Shown here piece by piece: positions 1 to 12,239 of a DNA stretch of 33,570 nucleotides. The number at the start of each line of letters is the position of its first letter. Position 1 is the first letter of the stretch. The stretch spans positions 1 through 33,570 of the forward strand of contig NW_021831983.1 of the NCBI RefSeq assembly GCF_006345805.1, read 5' to 3'. The position numbers and the translations under genes were made by a program. The notes under the pieces are model-generated. The model searched no databases and was not told the origin of the DNA. It worked only from the letters and a program-made list of their open reading frames with translations. The DNA comes from Octopus sinensis (taxonomy: Eukaryota).

Positions 1-147
1 AGTATTCTGAGTATACTGCTGCTCCACATGAGCCATGGCTGGATCGACATACCTATACAGAAATTTGGAAGAAATATGCTTAACACAATAGCACATGCCC
101 CAGGTCGGAAAATGTCGTTAGTATTAACAGACAACAGACAACAGCAA

Positions 148-379
148 GGCGGCGAGCTGGCAGAAACGTTAGCACGCCGGGCGAAATGCTTATCGGTATT
201 TCGTCTGCCGTTATGTTCTGAGTTCAAATTCCGCCGAGGTCGACTTTGCCTTTCATCCTTTCGGGATCGATAAATTAAGTACCAGTTACGCACTGGGGTC
301 AATATAATCGACTTAATCCGTTTGCCTGTCCTTGTTTGTCTTCTCTGTGTTTAGCCCCTTGTGGGTAGTAAAGAAATAG
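148..379 (+). mobile_element. tRNA-headed SINE family A (OK-like; Meta/MESC-like central domain), tail type A1
   Basis: Head GGCGGCGAGCTGGCAGAAACGTTAG (A box), GAGTTCAAATTCC (B box), central GGTCGACTTTGCCTTTCATCCTTTCGGG, tail GCCCCTTGTGG..TAAAGAAATA. The 15-bp direct repeat GTATTAACAGACAAC lies at 121-135 and 380-394. Many homologous copies occur in the window. The family name is from memory. Confidence 0.9.
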
Positions 380-395
380 GTATTAACAGACAACT

Positions 396-482
396 GCCCA
401 AGGTGACATGGTGACATGTAGTGAGACTGAACTCGAAACCATGTTGTTAGGCAGCAAGCTTCTTACCACTGAGCCACGCCTG
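396..482 (-). mobile_element. Degenerate head of a family-B-like SINE
   Basis: Reverse complement CAGGCGTGGCTCAGTGGTAAGAAGCTTGCT...GAGTTCAGTCTCACT...CACCTTGGGCA aligns with the family B head and the start of its CORE-like segment. Confidence 0.65.
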
Positions 483-1120
483 AAATAAATATACACGGTC
501 ACTACATGTATCTTTTGGCATAGCTTCTTTTATTACCACTACGGCCGGTTTCCAACCCGGACAGCAGAAACACAGTCCACCCGCCACCCTTTTCAGTCAT
601 GAAAACGTCAGTGCTTTGAGGTCGCGGATACATTCCAGGGACAGTGTCTGCAATCAAGAGTCGATGTAAGTGTGATGACGTTTTCCTCTTCCTACATAAC
701 GATAAGGTGAATTCCACAACACAAATTTCGATGCTTCAAGTACAGGGTGGCCCACGCAGTGACCAAGTAGTCGTAGCTGCCTTTACCTGATCTTTTCGAT
801 AACTTTCAGCAGGTCTCTCTAAAGACATTCATTTGTCATATGTTGCTGGAATTTCACATGAATGAAGTTTGGTCGCAATGAAATCAGTAGTAGTCCGTCT
901 GATAGACTGTATATGTTTGCAAACGACCATCTTTATCACACATTGGGCTACAATGATTTTGTTTGAGAATTATATGAAAGGCTCAAATGTCTACGGAATA
1001 TTCAGCCAGATAGACTATAATTCAAAATGTTTGTAGTTCAGTTGATAAAAGCAGTTGGAAAATAATCATCATCGAAACCGCTGGATGATCAATTTACTTT
1101 CTATGTATGTATACGTGTAT

Positions 1121-1345
1121 TATTATGTATGTATGTTTTATGTATGTATGTATGTATGTATGTATGTATGATATGTATGTATGTATATATTATGTATGTA
1201 TGTATTATAGTATGTATGTATGTATGCATGTATATATGTAATGTATGTATGTATGTATGATGTATGTATGTATGGGTGTATGTATGTATGTCTGTATGTA
1301 TGTTTGTATGTATGTATGTATGTATGTATGTATGTATGTATGTAT
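1121..1345. repeat. (TATG)n microsatellite
   Basis: Imperfect TATG tetramer run. Confidence 0.95.
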
Positions 1346-1430
1346 ACACTAGATAACAAAGTCAATGATATCTTCGCAAATGATTTTTTCATGAAATTTT
1401 GCTCTGTAAATTACATGTGTGTGTGTGTGT

Positions 1431-1850
1431 GTGGCTGTGTGGTAAGTAGCTTGCTTACCAACCACATGGGTTCGGGTTCATTCCCACTGCGTGGCACCTT
1501 GGGCAAGTGTCTTCTACTATAGCCTCGGGCCGACCAAGACTTGTGAGTGGATTGGTAGACAGAAACGAAAGAAGCCCGTCGTATATAGTGATATATAGAT
1601 ATATGTGTGTGTGTGTGTGTTGTGTGTGTGTGTGTGTGTGTTGTGTGTGTTTGGTGTGTCTGTGTTTGTCCCCCCAACATCGCTTGACGACCGATGGTGG
1701 CGTGTTTACGTCCCCATACTTAGCGGTTCGGCAAAAGACGCCGATAGAAAACTACTAGGCTTCCAAAGAATAAGTACTGGGGTCGATTTGCTCGACTAAA
1801 GGCGGTTTTCCAGCATGGCCGCAGTCAAATGACTGAAACAAGTAATAGTG
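1431..1850 (+). mobile_element. tRNA-headed CORE-type SINE family B (OR-like), copy B1, 5' end merged into (TG)n
   Basis: GTGGCTGTGTGGTAAG A box, GGGTTCATTCCC B box, CACCTTGGGCAAGTG CORE-like motif, internal (TA)/(TG) tract, tail CAGCATGGCCGCAGTCAAATGACTGAAAC. Five copies in the window. Confidence 0.9.
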
Positions 1851-2499
1851 AGAAAGAGAGAAATATATATATAAAAGAATTCATTCATATGCGCACACAC
1901 TCGCATACAGCTATGTACCTATGGTTGTAGAATGGAAGTACAGAGATAGGTTTATATATGTATTTCAGTGTGTTTTATGTTTGTGCGTGTATTCTAGTAT
2001 GTATATATGAATCAGTCTGGGTAATTATCCAGTATTTAGTATTATTTGTTTATTTATTTTATTCATATGTTTATATATTTCCTTTTTATTCCCGTTTTCT
2101 TTTCGTGTTTGTTTTTATATAATATAGCTTTATACACCGAAGTCAAGAAATATCCACCATTTTAGAAGATGACTCGCGCTGTTTGTTGTTGGCCCAATGG
2201 CAACATCCTCCATATTGGTTCGCTTCACATTGACGGCAAAAGAACGGAGAACAAAATGAAAGACGCTGTAGGAGATGATAAAGATGTGGCACAAAGAAAA
2301 AAAGAGAGATTGGAGCTAGAAAAAGAGAAATAGAGAAAGAAAGTAGAGAGGGGAAAAAGAGAGAGACAGAGAGGGGGGAGAGTTCGGTGATTGATCGAAC
2401 TGCTAGATACAGAGGTAGAGAAAACAGAAAATACTGATAACAATTGAAATAGATAAATCTCATCATCTTTTCTTTAATTCAATATTTATGTATTTTTTT

Positions 2500-2679
2500 T
2501 CTCTATTTGCATCTTCCTTTTCTCTCTTTCATGCTGTGTGTCCTCTTTGCTTCTCTTCTTCCTTCTCATTTTCTTTCTTTTCTTCTTTCTTCCATTCTTT
2601 CTAACTGGTTTCCTTTCTTGCTTTCTTTTTTTCTTTCTTTCTCCTTTCATTTCTTTCTTTCACTCTTTCTTCTATCATT

Positions 2680-2728
<49 letters not shown>

Positions 2729-2898
2729 ATTTCTTTCATTCTTTCGTTTTTCTCTTCTTTCCTTTCTTCCTTCCCCTCCTTCCTTCTGTCCTTCGCTTCT
2801 TTCTTCCTTTCTTTCTTTTTCCTTCTTTCCTTTCTCCCGTTCTTCCTTCCCCTCCTTCTTCCTTTCTTTCTTTTTTGTTTGTCTCTCTTTCATTCTTC

Positions 2899-2930
<32 letters not shown>
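2500..2930. repeat. (CTTT)n / polypyrimidine low-complexity tract
   Basis: Almost pure C/T on the + strand, with a perfect CTTT core at ~2680-2725. Confidence 0.95.
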
Positions 2931-3034
2931 ATCCTCGCTATCGTCTTCGTCATCCTGCTAATCTCTATCGTCATCGACCGCTACCTTAATTTCGTACCCC
3001 CAACCGAACCTCACCTTCAGCAACTGTAACCAAC

Positions 3035-3774
3035 CAACTGTAACCACCACCACCACCACCACCACCACCACCACCACAACCACCTCAACACCACTACTAA
3101 ACAGCACTACCAATCTTACTACGAATAACTACTAAAATCACTACGTTGACCACAATTGCAAAAACAACAAACCAAAACTTACCATTACAACATCCATCCA
3201 CACCGATAATATCAGCAATGTTATCAAAAGAACGACTAAAACCACCACCACCACCACCATCATCACCACCACCACCACCACTACTACTACTACTACTACC
3301 ACCACCACCACCATCATCACCACCACCACCACCATCATCACCACCACCACCACCATCATCGCCACCACCATCATCACCACCACCACCACAACCATTACAA
3401 CCACCACCACCACCACTACCACCACTACAACCACCACTAATACTACCACTACCACCACCATCACCAAAACCACCACCTCCACTAACCACTACTACAACTA
3501 CTACCACCACTACCACCATTACAGTACCACCACCACTACCACTACTACAACTACTACCACCACTACCACCATTACAGCACCACTACCTTCACCACCACCA
3601 CCACCACCACCACCACCACCACCACTACTACTACTACTAGTACCACCCCACCCCCACTACTACTACTACTACCACCACTACCACTACTACAACTACTACC
3701 ACCACTACCACCATTACAGCACCACTACCTTCACCACCACCACCACCACTACTACTACTACTACCACCCCACCC

Positions 3775-3835
<61 letters not shown>

Positions 3836-3845
3836 ACTAACACTA
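3035..3845. repeat. Compound (ACC)n/(ACT)n/(ATC)n microsatellite block
   Basis: Direct reading. Contains a ~120-140 bp internal duplication marked by CCATTACAGCACCACTACCTTCACC near 3570 and 3711. Confidence 0.95.
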
Positions 3846-4085
3846 CGAAAATTACCACCTTCCTCATCAACATGAGAAGCGCCATCGTCGCATCGGCTCC
3901 GCGCGTTCTCGTCGAGTTATCGTTGCGACAAGAAATGGCGACGGATGTGTATATGCGTGTGTGTATGTGTGTATGTGCGTGCGTGTATGTGTGTTTGTAG
4001 CAAATGATTATTGTACAACAGAAATATGTGAAAACGAGAAAACGATTAAGTGAAAATATAAGGAAGTGCTTGACGAAGAAGCGGG

Positions 4086-5265
4086 GTGGTGGTGGTGGTG
4101 GTGGGTGGTGGTGGTAGTGGTGGTGGTGGTGGTGGTGTGTGGTGTGGTGGTGGTGTGGTGGTGGTGGTAGTGGTGGTGGTGTGGTGGTGGTTTGGTGGTG
4201 ATGGTGGTGGTGGTAGTGGTGGTTGTGGTGTGATGGTGGTGGTGGTGGTAGTGGTGGTGGTGGTGGTGGTGGTGTGGTTGGTGTAGTGGTGGTGGTGGTG
4301 GTAGTGGTGGTGGTGGGTGGTGGTGGTGTAGTGGTGGTGGTGGTGGTGGTGGTTGGTGGTAGGGGTGGTGGGTGGTGGTGGTGGTGGTAGTGGTGGTGGT
4401 AGTGGTGGTGGTGGTGGTGGTGGTGGTAGTGGTGGTGGTGGTGTGGTTAGTGGTGGTGGTGGTGGGTGGTAGTGGTGTGGTGGTGGTGGTGGTGGTAGTG
4501 GTGGTGGTGGTGGTGGGGTGGTGGTGGTGGTGGGTGGTGGTGGTGGTGGTGGTAGTGGTGGTGGTGGTGGTGGTGGTGGTGGTGGTAGTGGTGGCGGTGG
4601 TGGTGGTAGTGGTGGTGGTGGTGGTGGTGGTGGTGGTGGTGGTGGTGGTTGTGACGGCGCCGGTGACGCGCGTAACGGCAGCAGCGTCTGCGTTAGCGGG
4701 GGCTGACTTGGGAGGAAGATAGAGAAGAATATAGAGAAGGAGGTGGGGGGGAGGGAGAAAGGAAAAAGGAAAAAATGAAAAAAGAAAAACAACAACATGC
4801 TTACACACATAAAGAATGAAAAAAAAAGGAAAGTGGGGGTGGGGTGGTAGTAGTAATAGTAGTAGTAGTGTTGGTGGTGGTGGTGGTGATGGTATTGGTG
4901 GTAGTGGTAGTAGTGTTGGTGGTGGTGGTTGTAATGGTGGTAGTGTGGTAGTAGTAGTAGTAGTAGTAGTAGTGTTGGTGGTGGTGGTTGTAATGGTGGT
5001 AGTGTGGTAGTAGTAGTAGTAGTAGTAGTAGTGTTGGTGATGGTGGTTGTAATGGTGGTAGTGGTGGTAGTAGTAGTAGTAGTAGTGGTGGTGGGTGGTG
5101 GTGGTGTGGTATGGTATGGTGGTAGTGGTAGTAGTGTTGGTGGTGGTGGTTGTAATGGTGGTAGTGGTGGTAGTAGTAATAGTAGTAGTAGTGGTGGTGG
5201 TGGTGGTTGTAATGGTGGTAGTAGTAGTAGTAGTGGTGGTGGTGGTTGTAATGGTGGTAGTGGTG

Positions 5266-5297
<32 letters not shown>

Positions 5298-6400
5298 GGT
5301 GGTTGTAATGGTGGTAGTGGTGGTAGTAGTAGTAGTAGTAGTGGTGGTGGTGGTGGTGGTTGTAATGGTGGTAGTAGTAGTAGTAGTAGTGGTGGTGGTG
5401 GTGGTGGTTGTAAAGGAAAGAAAGGAGGAAAACAATTGAATATGGCGGACTAGATTGTTATAATAAGATTGTAATAGGGAATGAATGAAGGAGAGGTGGC
5501 GATGGTGATTGGTGGTAGGGAGAGTAGAAGACAAGTGATGGAGTTGTGTGTGTGAAGAGGAGGTGGGGGGATAGCGGTGGGGGAGATGTGGGCGGTGGGC
5601 GGGGGGGGTTGACGGATGAAATAGAGAAAGTGGACGTTATTCTTACTGTTTTTGTTAGTGGGAGTTAGGGGGGATGGGGTGGAGGGAAGGTTTGAGAAGG
5701 GGGGGTTTGTATATGGAGATAAAGAAGGGGGGAACGAGAGTAACTATGTCGACAGTGGTTAGTTGTGGTGGTGGTGGCGGCGGTAGTGGTGGTGGTGGTA
5801 GTTGTGGTGGTGGTGGTGGTGGATGTGGTGGTGGTTGTGATGATGGTGGTGGTAGTTGTGGCGATGGCGGTGGTAGTTTTGGTGGTGGTGGTGGTGGTGG
5901 TGGTGGTTGTGGTGATGGTGGTGGTAGTTGTGGTGATGGTGGTGGTAGTTGTGGTGATGGTGGTGGCGGCGGCGGTGATGGTAGAGCTTGTCATGATGGT
6001 GGTGGTTGTTGTAGTGATGGTGGTAGTACGTCGGTGATGATGGTGGTACGGCGGTGATGGTGGTGGTTGTGGTGATGGTGGTTGTGGTGGCGGCGTAGGT
6101 GGTGGCTGTGATGGTTGTTGTGGTAGCCTTCGAAGGATGGCGGTAGTGGTGGTGGAGGGGCGTTTGCGATGTTGGAGGGGACGGTTGTGGTGGTGGTTGT
6201 GGTAGCTGTGATGCTGGAGGTGGCATCGGTGGTGGTGCTCGTCGTGGTAGTTGAGGTGGCGGTAGTGGTGGTAGTGTTGGAGGTGATGATGGTGGAGGTG
6301 GTGGTTATGTGGTAATGGTGGTGGTGGTGGTGGCGGTGACGGTGGTGGTAGTACAGTGGCTGTGGCGGTTGTGTGATGATGATGGAGGTGATGGTGGTGG
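4086..6400. repeat. Compound (GGT)n/(AGT)n block with short unique islands
   Basis: Direct reading; opposite polarity to 3035-3845. Islands at ~4650-4840 and ~5410-5750. Confidence 0.95.
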
Positions 6401-7034
6401 AGGTAGTGATACAGGTTACAATGACGATGATGATGATCATGAAGGTGCATAAAGATGGTGCTGTTGCAGATGAAATAACGATGACGATTAAATTCATGAT
6501 GATGATGATGATGATGATGATGGTGACGAAGAGGATGACGACAGCGATGATGAAGATGAGAATGGTGATAAAAATGCTAATGAGGGTTGTAACAATTATA
6601 ATGATGATGATGATGATGATAATTGATGGTAGTCGCGATACTTGCGGTAGTGGTGTTGGTTGTGGTAGTGGTGATGGTGGTAGATGAGGATGTTGATGAT
6701 GATGATGATGATGATGACAATGGGGATGATGATGACGACGATGACGATGATGATGATGAAGATGATGATGATGATGATGATGAAGATGAGGATGATGATG
6801 ATGATGGTGATGACAATGATGATGATGATGATGATTACGAAAATGGTATTGGTAGATGATGGTGATGATGATGATGATGATGATGATGACAATGGGGATG
6901 ATGATGACGACGATGACGATGATGATGATGAAGATGATGATGATGATGATGATGAAGATGAGGATGATGATGATGATGGTGATGACAATGATGATGATGA
7001 TGATGATTACGAAAATGGTATTGGTAGATGATGG

Positions 7035-7086
<52 letters not shown>

Positions 7087-7166
7087 AATGATGATGACAG
7101 TGATGATGATGATGATGACAACTGTGATGATGATGATGATGATAATGACGACTGTGATGATGACGG

Positions 7167-7206
<40 letters not shown>

Positions 7207-7272
7207 AACGGTGATGATGATGACGGTGACGATGATGATGAGGATGATGATAAAGGTATTGGTAGATGATGA
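6400..7272. repeat. (GAT)n block with a 172-bp higher-order duplication
   Basis: GACAATGGGGATG at 6716 and 6888; ATTACGAAAATGGTATTGGTAGA at 6834 and 7006. Confidence 0.9.
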
Positions 7273-7682
7273 TGGTCCACAGCATTTATACAGTTGATGT
7301 GGCTAGATGCGTTAAGAGCAGTTTCTTCTGACAAGATGGCAAAAAAAATAATAAAATAAAATAAAATAAAATAAAATAAAAAGGAGCGGGGTCAATGTCG
7401 TAGTGATTGTGGTAGGTGCCAGTGGAGGGAGGCGTGTGCCCCATATTTTGTTTGTCAGGAGGCCCCCTTCGTTTGCATCGTTGACTATGGGCTTTGAACA
7501 TTAAGAATAGAAGTGGAGTTTGTAGTGATAGTGGTGGTGTGAAGGGTTTTGCTATACCGCGGAGATGTGTTTAGTAGTTTATCATGTGGGTCTGTAATGT
7601 AACAATAATCCCCGCACGATAAATAGAGTTTAATAATCTCGCCTCAACGTTTAGAGAGAAAAAAAATAAAAGGATAAGAAAA

Positions 7683-8120
<438 letters not shown>

Positions 8121-8274
8121 ATTTATCTTTTTTATCGATAAAAGCCTTTTTACGCCATATTAGTTAAGTTTTGTTGAGTTCGTATTCGACAGCTGCTACA
8201 CCAAATGACATTTATGATGTTATATATATATACACATACACACACACGCACATATATATATATCGCGAGCGGTA

Positions 8275-8605
8275 CATCATTTGCACGATGTGGAGAATAT
8301 ACCGCCAGCATTGTCCAAACGACCTGAACATTAGTTTCAAGGTTCATCCAAGGTTGGGACCATGGGCTATACGTCCCCTGCCATCACCTTTAAACGGGGT
8401 CTGAACAAATTTTTTCAAGGAACACCAGATAACCCACCTATTCCTGGATACAACTCACTCAATAAGAACTCACTACTTGAATGGACCATAATACCACAAA
8501 ACTTGACTTTAAAAGGATTTAGATAATCCTATATGTGGTGGTACTATTAAGTTAGACATGGCCTGGACTAATCTTTAGTCGAAACGTATCTAAGTTTTAT
8601 CCAAG
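8275..8605 (+). mobile_element. 5'-truncated CR1-like LINE 3' end (ORF2 C-terminus plus tail), internally deleted
   Basis: Translates to WRIYRQHCPNDLNISFKVHPRLGP, then in another frame TFKRGLNKFFQGTPDNPPIPGYNSLNKNSLLEWT (FKxxLDxFLxxxPDxP-type motif). The tail is GGTGGTAC..CATGGCC-stem-AAAC. Confidence 0.7.
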
Positions 8606-8620
8606 TTTATATATATATAT

Positions 8621-8830
8621 AACGGGAAGGTTTACGAAAATAAACAAAAGGCGAAGGCAGGTGGAGTACAGACAAACAATGTATTAGTATGGCGCTCAGG
8701 AATAGAAATAGAACAAGTCTTTTATGTTTCGAGCCTACGCTCTTCGACAGAAAGATACACAGAAAAAAAAACAAGGATACAAACAAGGAGAGAAAAAAAT
8801 GCGTGTAGGAGCTAACGATCTATCATGGCG

Positions 8831-8833
<3 letters not shown>
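8621..8833 (-). mobile_element. (TA)n-flanked ~210-bp module with a degenerate minimal hammerhead motif (Penelope-like pLTR remnant?)
   Basis: Minus strand 8755-8718 reads TCTTT CTGTCGA A GAGC-GTAG-GCTC GAAA CA TA AAAGA. (TA)n tracts lie on both sides. Confidence 0.55.
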
Positions 8834-8875
<42 letters not shown>

Positions 8876-9080
8876 TACAAGAGGGTGCTGAAAAGTTCCT
8901 GGTTTTGGGTAAAAGGAAATACAGGATGGTCAGTTAATTATGATTTCATTCAACATATTCCCCTCTTAGATTCATACACTTATTCCAACAGGCAGTCCTT
9001 CAGTTTTTCTAAGTCCGGTAAAAGAACTTGTAAGGTTGGGCCACCCATCAGGATTTTCACGATACCCTTAAACTCATGAA
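8876..9080 (-). mobile_element. Mariner-type DNA transposon 3' end (TIR plus transposase C-terminus remnant)
   Basis: TA followed by CAAGAGGGTGCTGAAAAGTTCC resembles mariner TIRs. The minus strand reads WNKCMNLRGEYVE* ending at 8946, matching the mariner C-terminal RWxKCxxxxGxYVE motif. No partner TIR was found. Confidence 0.7.
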
Positions 9081-10296
9081 GGATATTATCGGTTTGGCGG
9101 CCAGCATTTCGAAAATTAGAGTTTACCGAAATTTTTTTAATTTGGCACAATAATACAATTGCCCAAACTGAATTGCTGGAGTTACTTAATTTTTGACAGA
9201 AAAATGTTTTTAAAAAAAGTATAAAGGTTTAAAGTTTGATAATTTTCTCCCTGTCAGGAAACAGGAATTTGCAAGCTGTCATTTTGTGCGTGACTGCACA
9301 TTTTGTCGTCAACATCCTGAAAATAGCACTTGTTGTCAATATTTGTAAACGTCACGTGTTATGTCTCGAGAAATTTTCTTTCATATAAATAAATGTTTAT
9401 GTTAATTTAAAAGATTTATCCCCCAAATCTTATTTAGCTGTTATTTTTAGCACACTACACAACCACCTTAGTGCTCAATGACAAAACGAAACGTGTAAAC
9501 AAATATTTAAGCATTCAATATCAATTTAATGCAAATGCGATAAACATCACGTTACATGTGATAAACAGATTACAATTTTTACCAGAAAGATTTGGAAGAA
9601 TTAGATGAAAGTTCTCCGGTAATTTTCTTCCGTGTAAATAAATGTTTATGTTATCTTAAAAAATTGTCAACAAAATCTTATAAAATGACAATGTTCCAAA
9701 AGATATAGATATTTATATGTCATATATGAAAATAGGAGTGAACAAAATGTGCTTAAAAAAGAAATATTTAAGCATTAAAAAACAAACATTTAAGTATTAA
9801 AAAAAACACCCATTTAACTTTCGGTTTTACTTTTTAAAATATCCTGCCCTGTTTTCGAAGTTTCCATAACAGAAGCGAAGTTCCCGGAGCTTGCTGCCAT
9901 AATCACACAGAACACAGAACACAGTGTCAACTTTGTCAACACGCGTTTCTTCGCAGATAAAAGACTTTTCAAAGGCTGCTCGGATTCGCTGGTTACTATG
10001 GCAACAGGCATGTCGGGAGTCAAAAGAGTTCTCATGTTCCGCTTCTTACTATCGCAACAGCCATGAATGTGTCTGTCGGTTACGACTGGCTAAAATTACC
10101 AAAATTTTCAAACTTTAATTGCTAATAGCTCTTTGTTTATTGATTTCACGTCATTAATTAGCCTATGAAAGTATATCATTACACTGAATATGAAATCAAT
10201 TCGAAATATAAATGCATATGCATACATATATGTGTATGTATGTATATATATATATATATATGTGTATATATATATATATATATACATTTGTCAACT

Positions 10297-10328
<32 letters not shown>

Positions 10329-10352
10329 ATGTTTGTTTTTTTTGTGTGTGTA

Positions 10353-10513
10353 GGCGCAGACGTGGCTGCGTGGTAAGAATCTTTCTCTCGTACCACATGG
10401 TTCCGGGTTCAGTTCCACTCCGTGGTATCTTGCCAAGTGCCTTCTACTATAACCTCGGGCCGACTAAGGCCTTGTGAGTGGATTTGGTAAACGAAATCTG
10501 AAAGGAGCCCGTC

Positions 10514-10575
<62 letters not shown>

Positions 10576-10775
10576 GTGTGTGTGTGTCACCCCACCATTG
10601 ACAACCAACGTTGGTGTGTTTACGTGCTCGTAACTTAGCAGTTCGGCAAAAGATACCGATAGAATAAGTACTAGGCTTACAAAGAATAAGTTCTGGGATA
10701 GATTCATTCGACTAAAGGCTGTGCTCCAGCATGTCCGCCATCAAATGACTGAAACAAGTAAAAGAATAAAAGAAA
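10353..10775 (+). mobile_element. SINE family B, copy B2
   Basis: Full head GGCGCAG..., CORE-like motif, internal (TA)n(TG)n, family B tail. Confidence 0.9.
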
Positions 10776-10779
10776 GAAT

Positions 10780-11184
10780 ATGTACACACATATATATATA
10801 TATACATACATTCATTCATTCATTCATACATACATATATACATGCATGCATACATACATACATACATACATACATACATACATACATACATACATACATA
10901 CATACATACATACATACACACACACATATATACATACATACATACATACATACATACATGCATACATACATACATACATACATACATATGTATAGACATA
11001 TATTTACATGTACATGTCTCAATATATGTGCGTATGTTTGGGTGTATGTATATGTATATATGTATATTTACAATGGACTGTCAAGTATTATATACATATG
11101 TATACATACAATTGTCTGTCTGTCTGTTTCTCTCTCTCTCTTTATACATACATACATGTATCATACATACATACATGCATGCAT

Positions 11185-11259
<75 letters not shown>

Positions 11260-11260
11260 T
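10780..11260. repeat. (CATA)n/(CA)n/(TA)n compound microsatellite
   Basis: Direct reading. Confidence 0.95.
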
Positions 11261-11783
11261 ATATGCATCTACACTAACTTTTGTGTATTTGTGTGCGTAT
11301 GTTTGTGTGCATCAAAGCCTTCGTTTTTAACATACTACCTCAAAGTCCAAGCTTACTGGCCAAGCCTATTCGTCTCGCGACTAACGGCCGTAGAAAAGAT
11401 TAGCTAATACAAATTGTGAAGTTTAATAACTCGACCACCAATTAACCCCGTATCACTCAGTTGATTTGTAAAGAGAATGGCGTTTATCGCCCCATAAGAT
11501 TTTTATAGACGTGTTCTAAACACCTTCCATTTACTCTATGAATGAGTGACGTGTAGTTTTCATATGAAATATAAATTTCACAAGACATTTAAATATGTTG
11601 GTTGTTGTCTCCCGTTTTATGCGTTGTCATTATTATATTTTGAAATTTCTGAGAAGTTCTGAACGACCACAAATATTAACGAAGTTATTCCAGCAATGTC
11701 CATGCCAGTTTTGTCCTCAGCGTATTCCAACCAGTATCATATCATCAAGTATCTCTGATACATTAGAAAAATATGAATAATTA

Positions 11784-12200
11784 GGCGCAGGAGTGGCTGT
11801 GTAGTAAGTAGCTTGCTTACCAACCACATGGTTCCGGGTTCAGTCCCACTGCGTGGCATCTTGGGCAAGTGTCTTCTGCTATAGCCCCGGGCCGACCAAT
11901 GCCTTGTGAGTGGATTTGGTAGACGGAAACTGAAAGAAGCCTGTCGTATATATGTATATATATATGTATGTGTGTGTATATTTTTGTGTGTCTGTGTTGG
12001 TCCCCCCACCATCGCTTGACAACCGATGCTGGTGTGTTTACGTCCCCGTCACTTAGCGGTTCGGCAAAAAGAGACCGATAGAATAAGTACTGGGCTTACA
12101 AAGAATAAGTCCCGGGGTCGATTTGCTCGACTAAAGGCGGTGCTCCAGCATGGCCGCAGTCAAATGACTGAAACAAGTAAAAGAGAAAAAGAGTAAAGAG
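11784..12200 (+). mobile_element. SINE family B, copy B3 (full length)
   Basis: Near-identical by eye to B4 at 16478. Possible short TSD TAATTA. Confidence 0.92.
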
Positions 12201-12239
12201 TAATTAAAAGAAGCAATGAGATATTGAGAAAAACACAGC

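Noticed and set aside
28-273. Short ORFs overlapping SINEs (also 13247-13501, 16312-16713, 28387-28572, 28829-29353)
   Set aside because: They recur wherever the SINE recurs and have no coding signature.
601-685. 10-bp inverted repeat GAAAACGTCA/TGACGTTTTC
   Set aside because: Too short to exceed chance; no TSD or further pairing.
741-754. TACAGGGTGGCCCA, Tc1/mariner TIR-like start
   Set aside because: Only 14 nt, with no partner TIR or transposase remnant found.
1101-1522. YIHT/MYVC-repeat ORFs (also at 10.7-11.4 kb and 30.3-31.9 kb)
   Set aside because: Translations of (CATA)n/(TATG)n.
3097-7334. Long ORFs (up to 508 aa) of poly-T/P/H/V/G/S/D/M
   Set aside because: They are translations of (ACC)n, (GGT)n and (GAT)n, which lack stops in several frames at once; no domain content.
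7286-7501. 71-aa minus-strand ORF in unique sequence (likewise 502-717 and 9814-10118)
   Set aside because: No recognisable motif; the length is expected by chance.
11784-11856. tRNA gene calls for SINE heads (A, B, C, E)
   Set aside because: A/B boxes are present but no complete cloverleaf, and each continues into a repeated SINE body.
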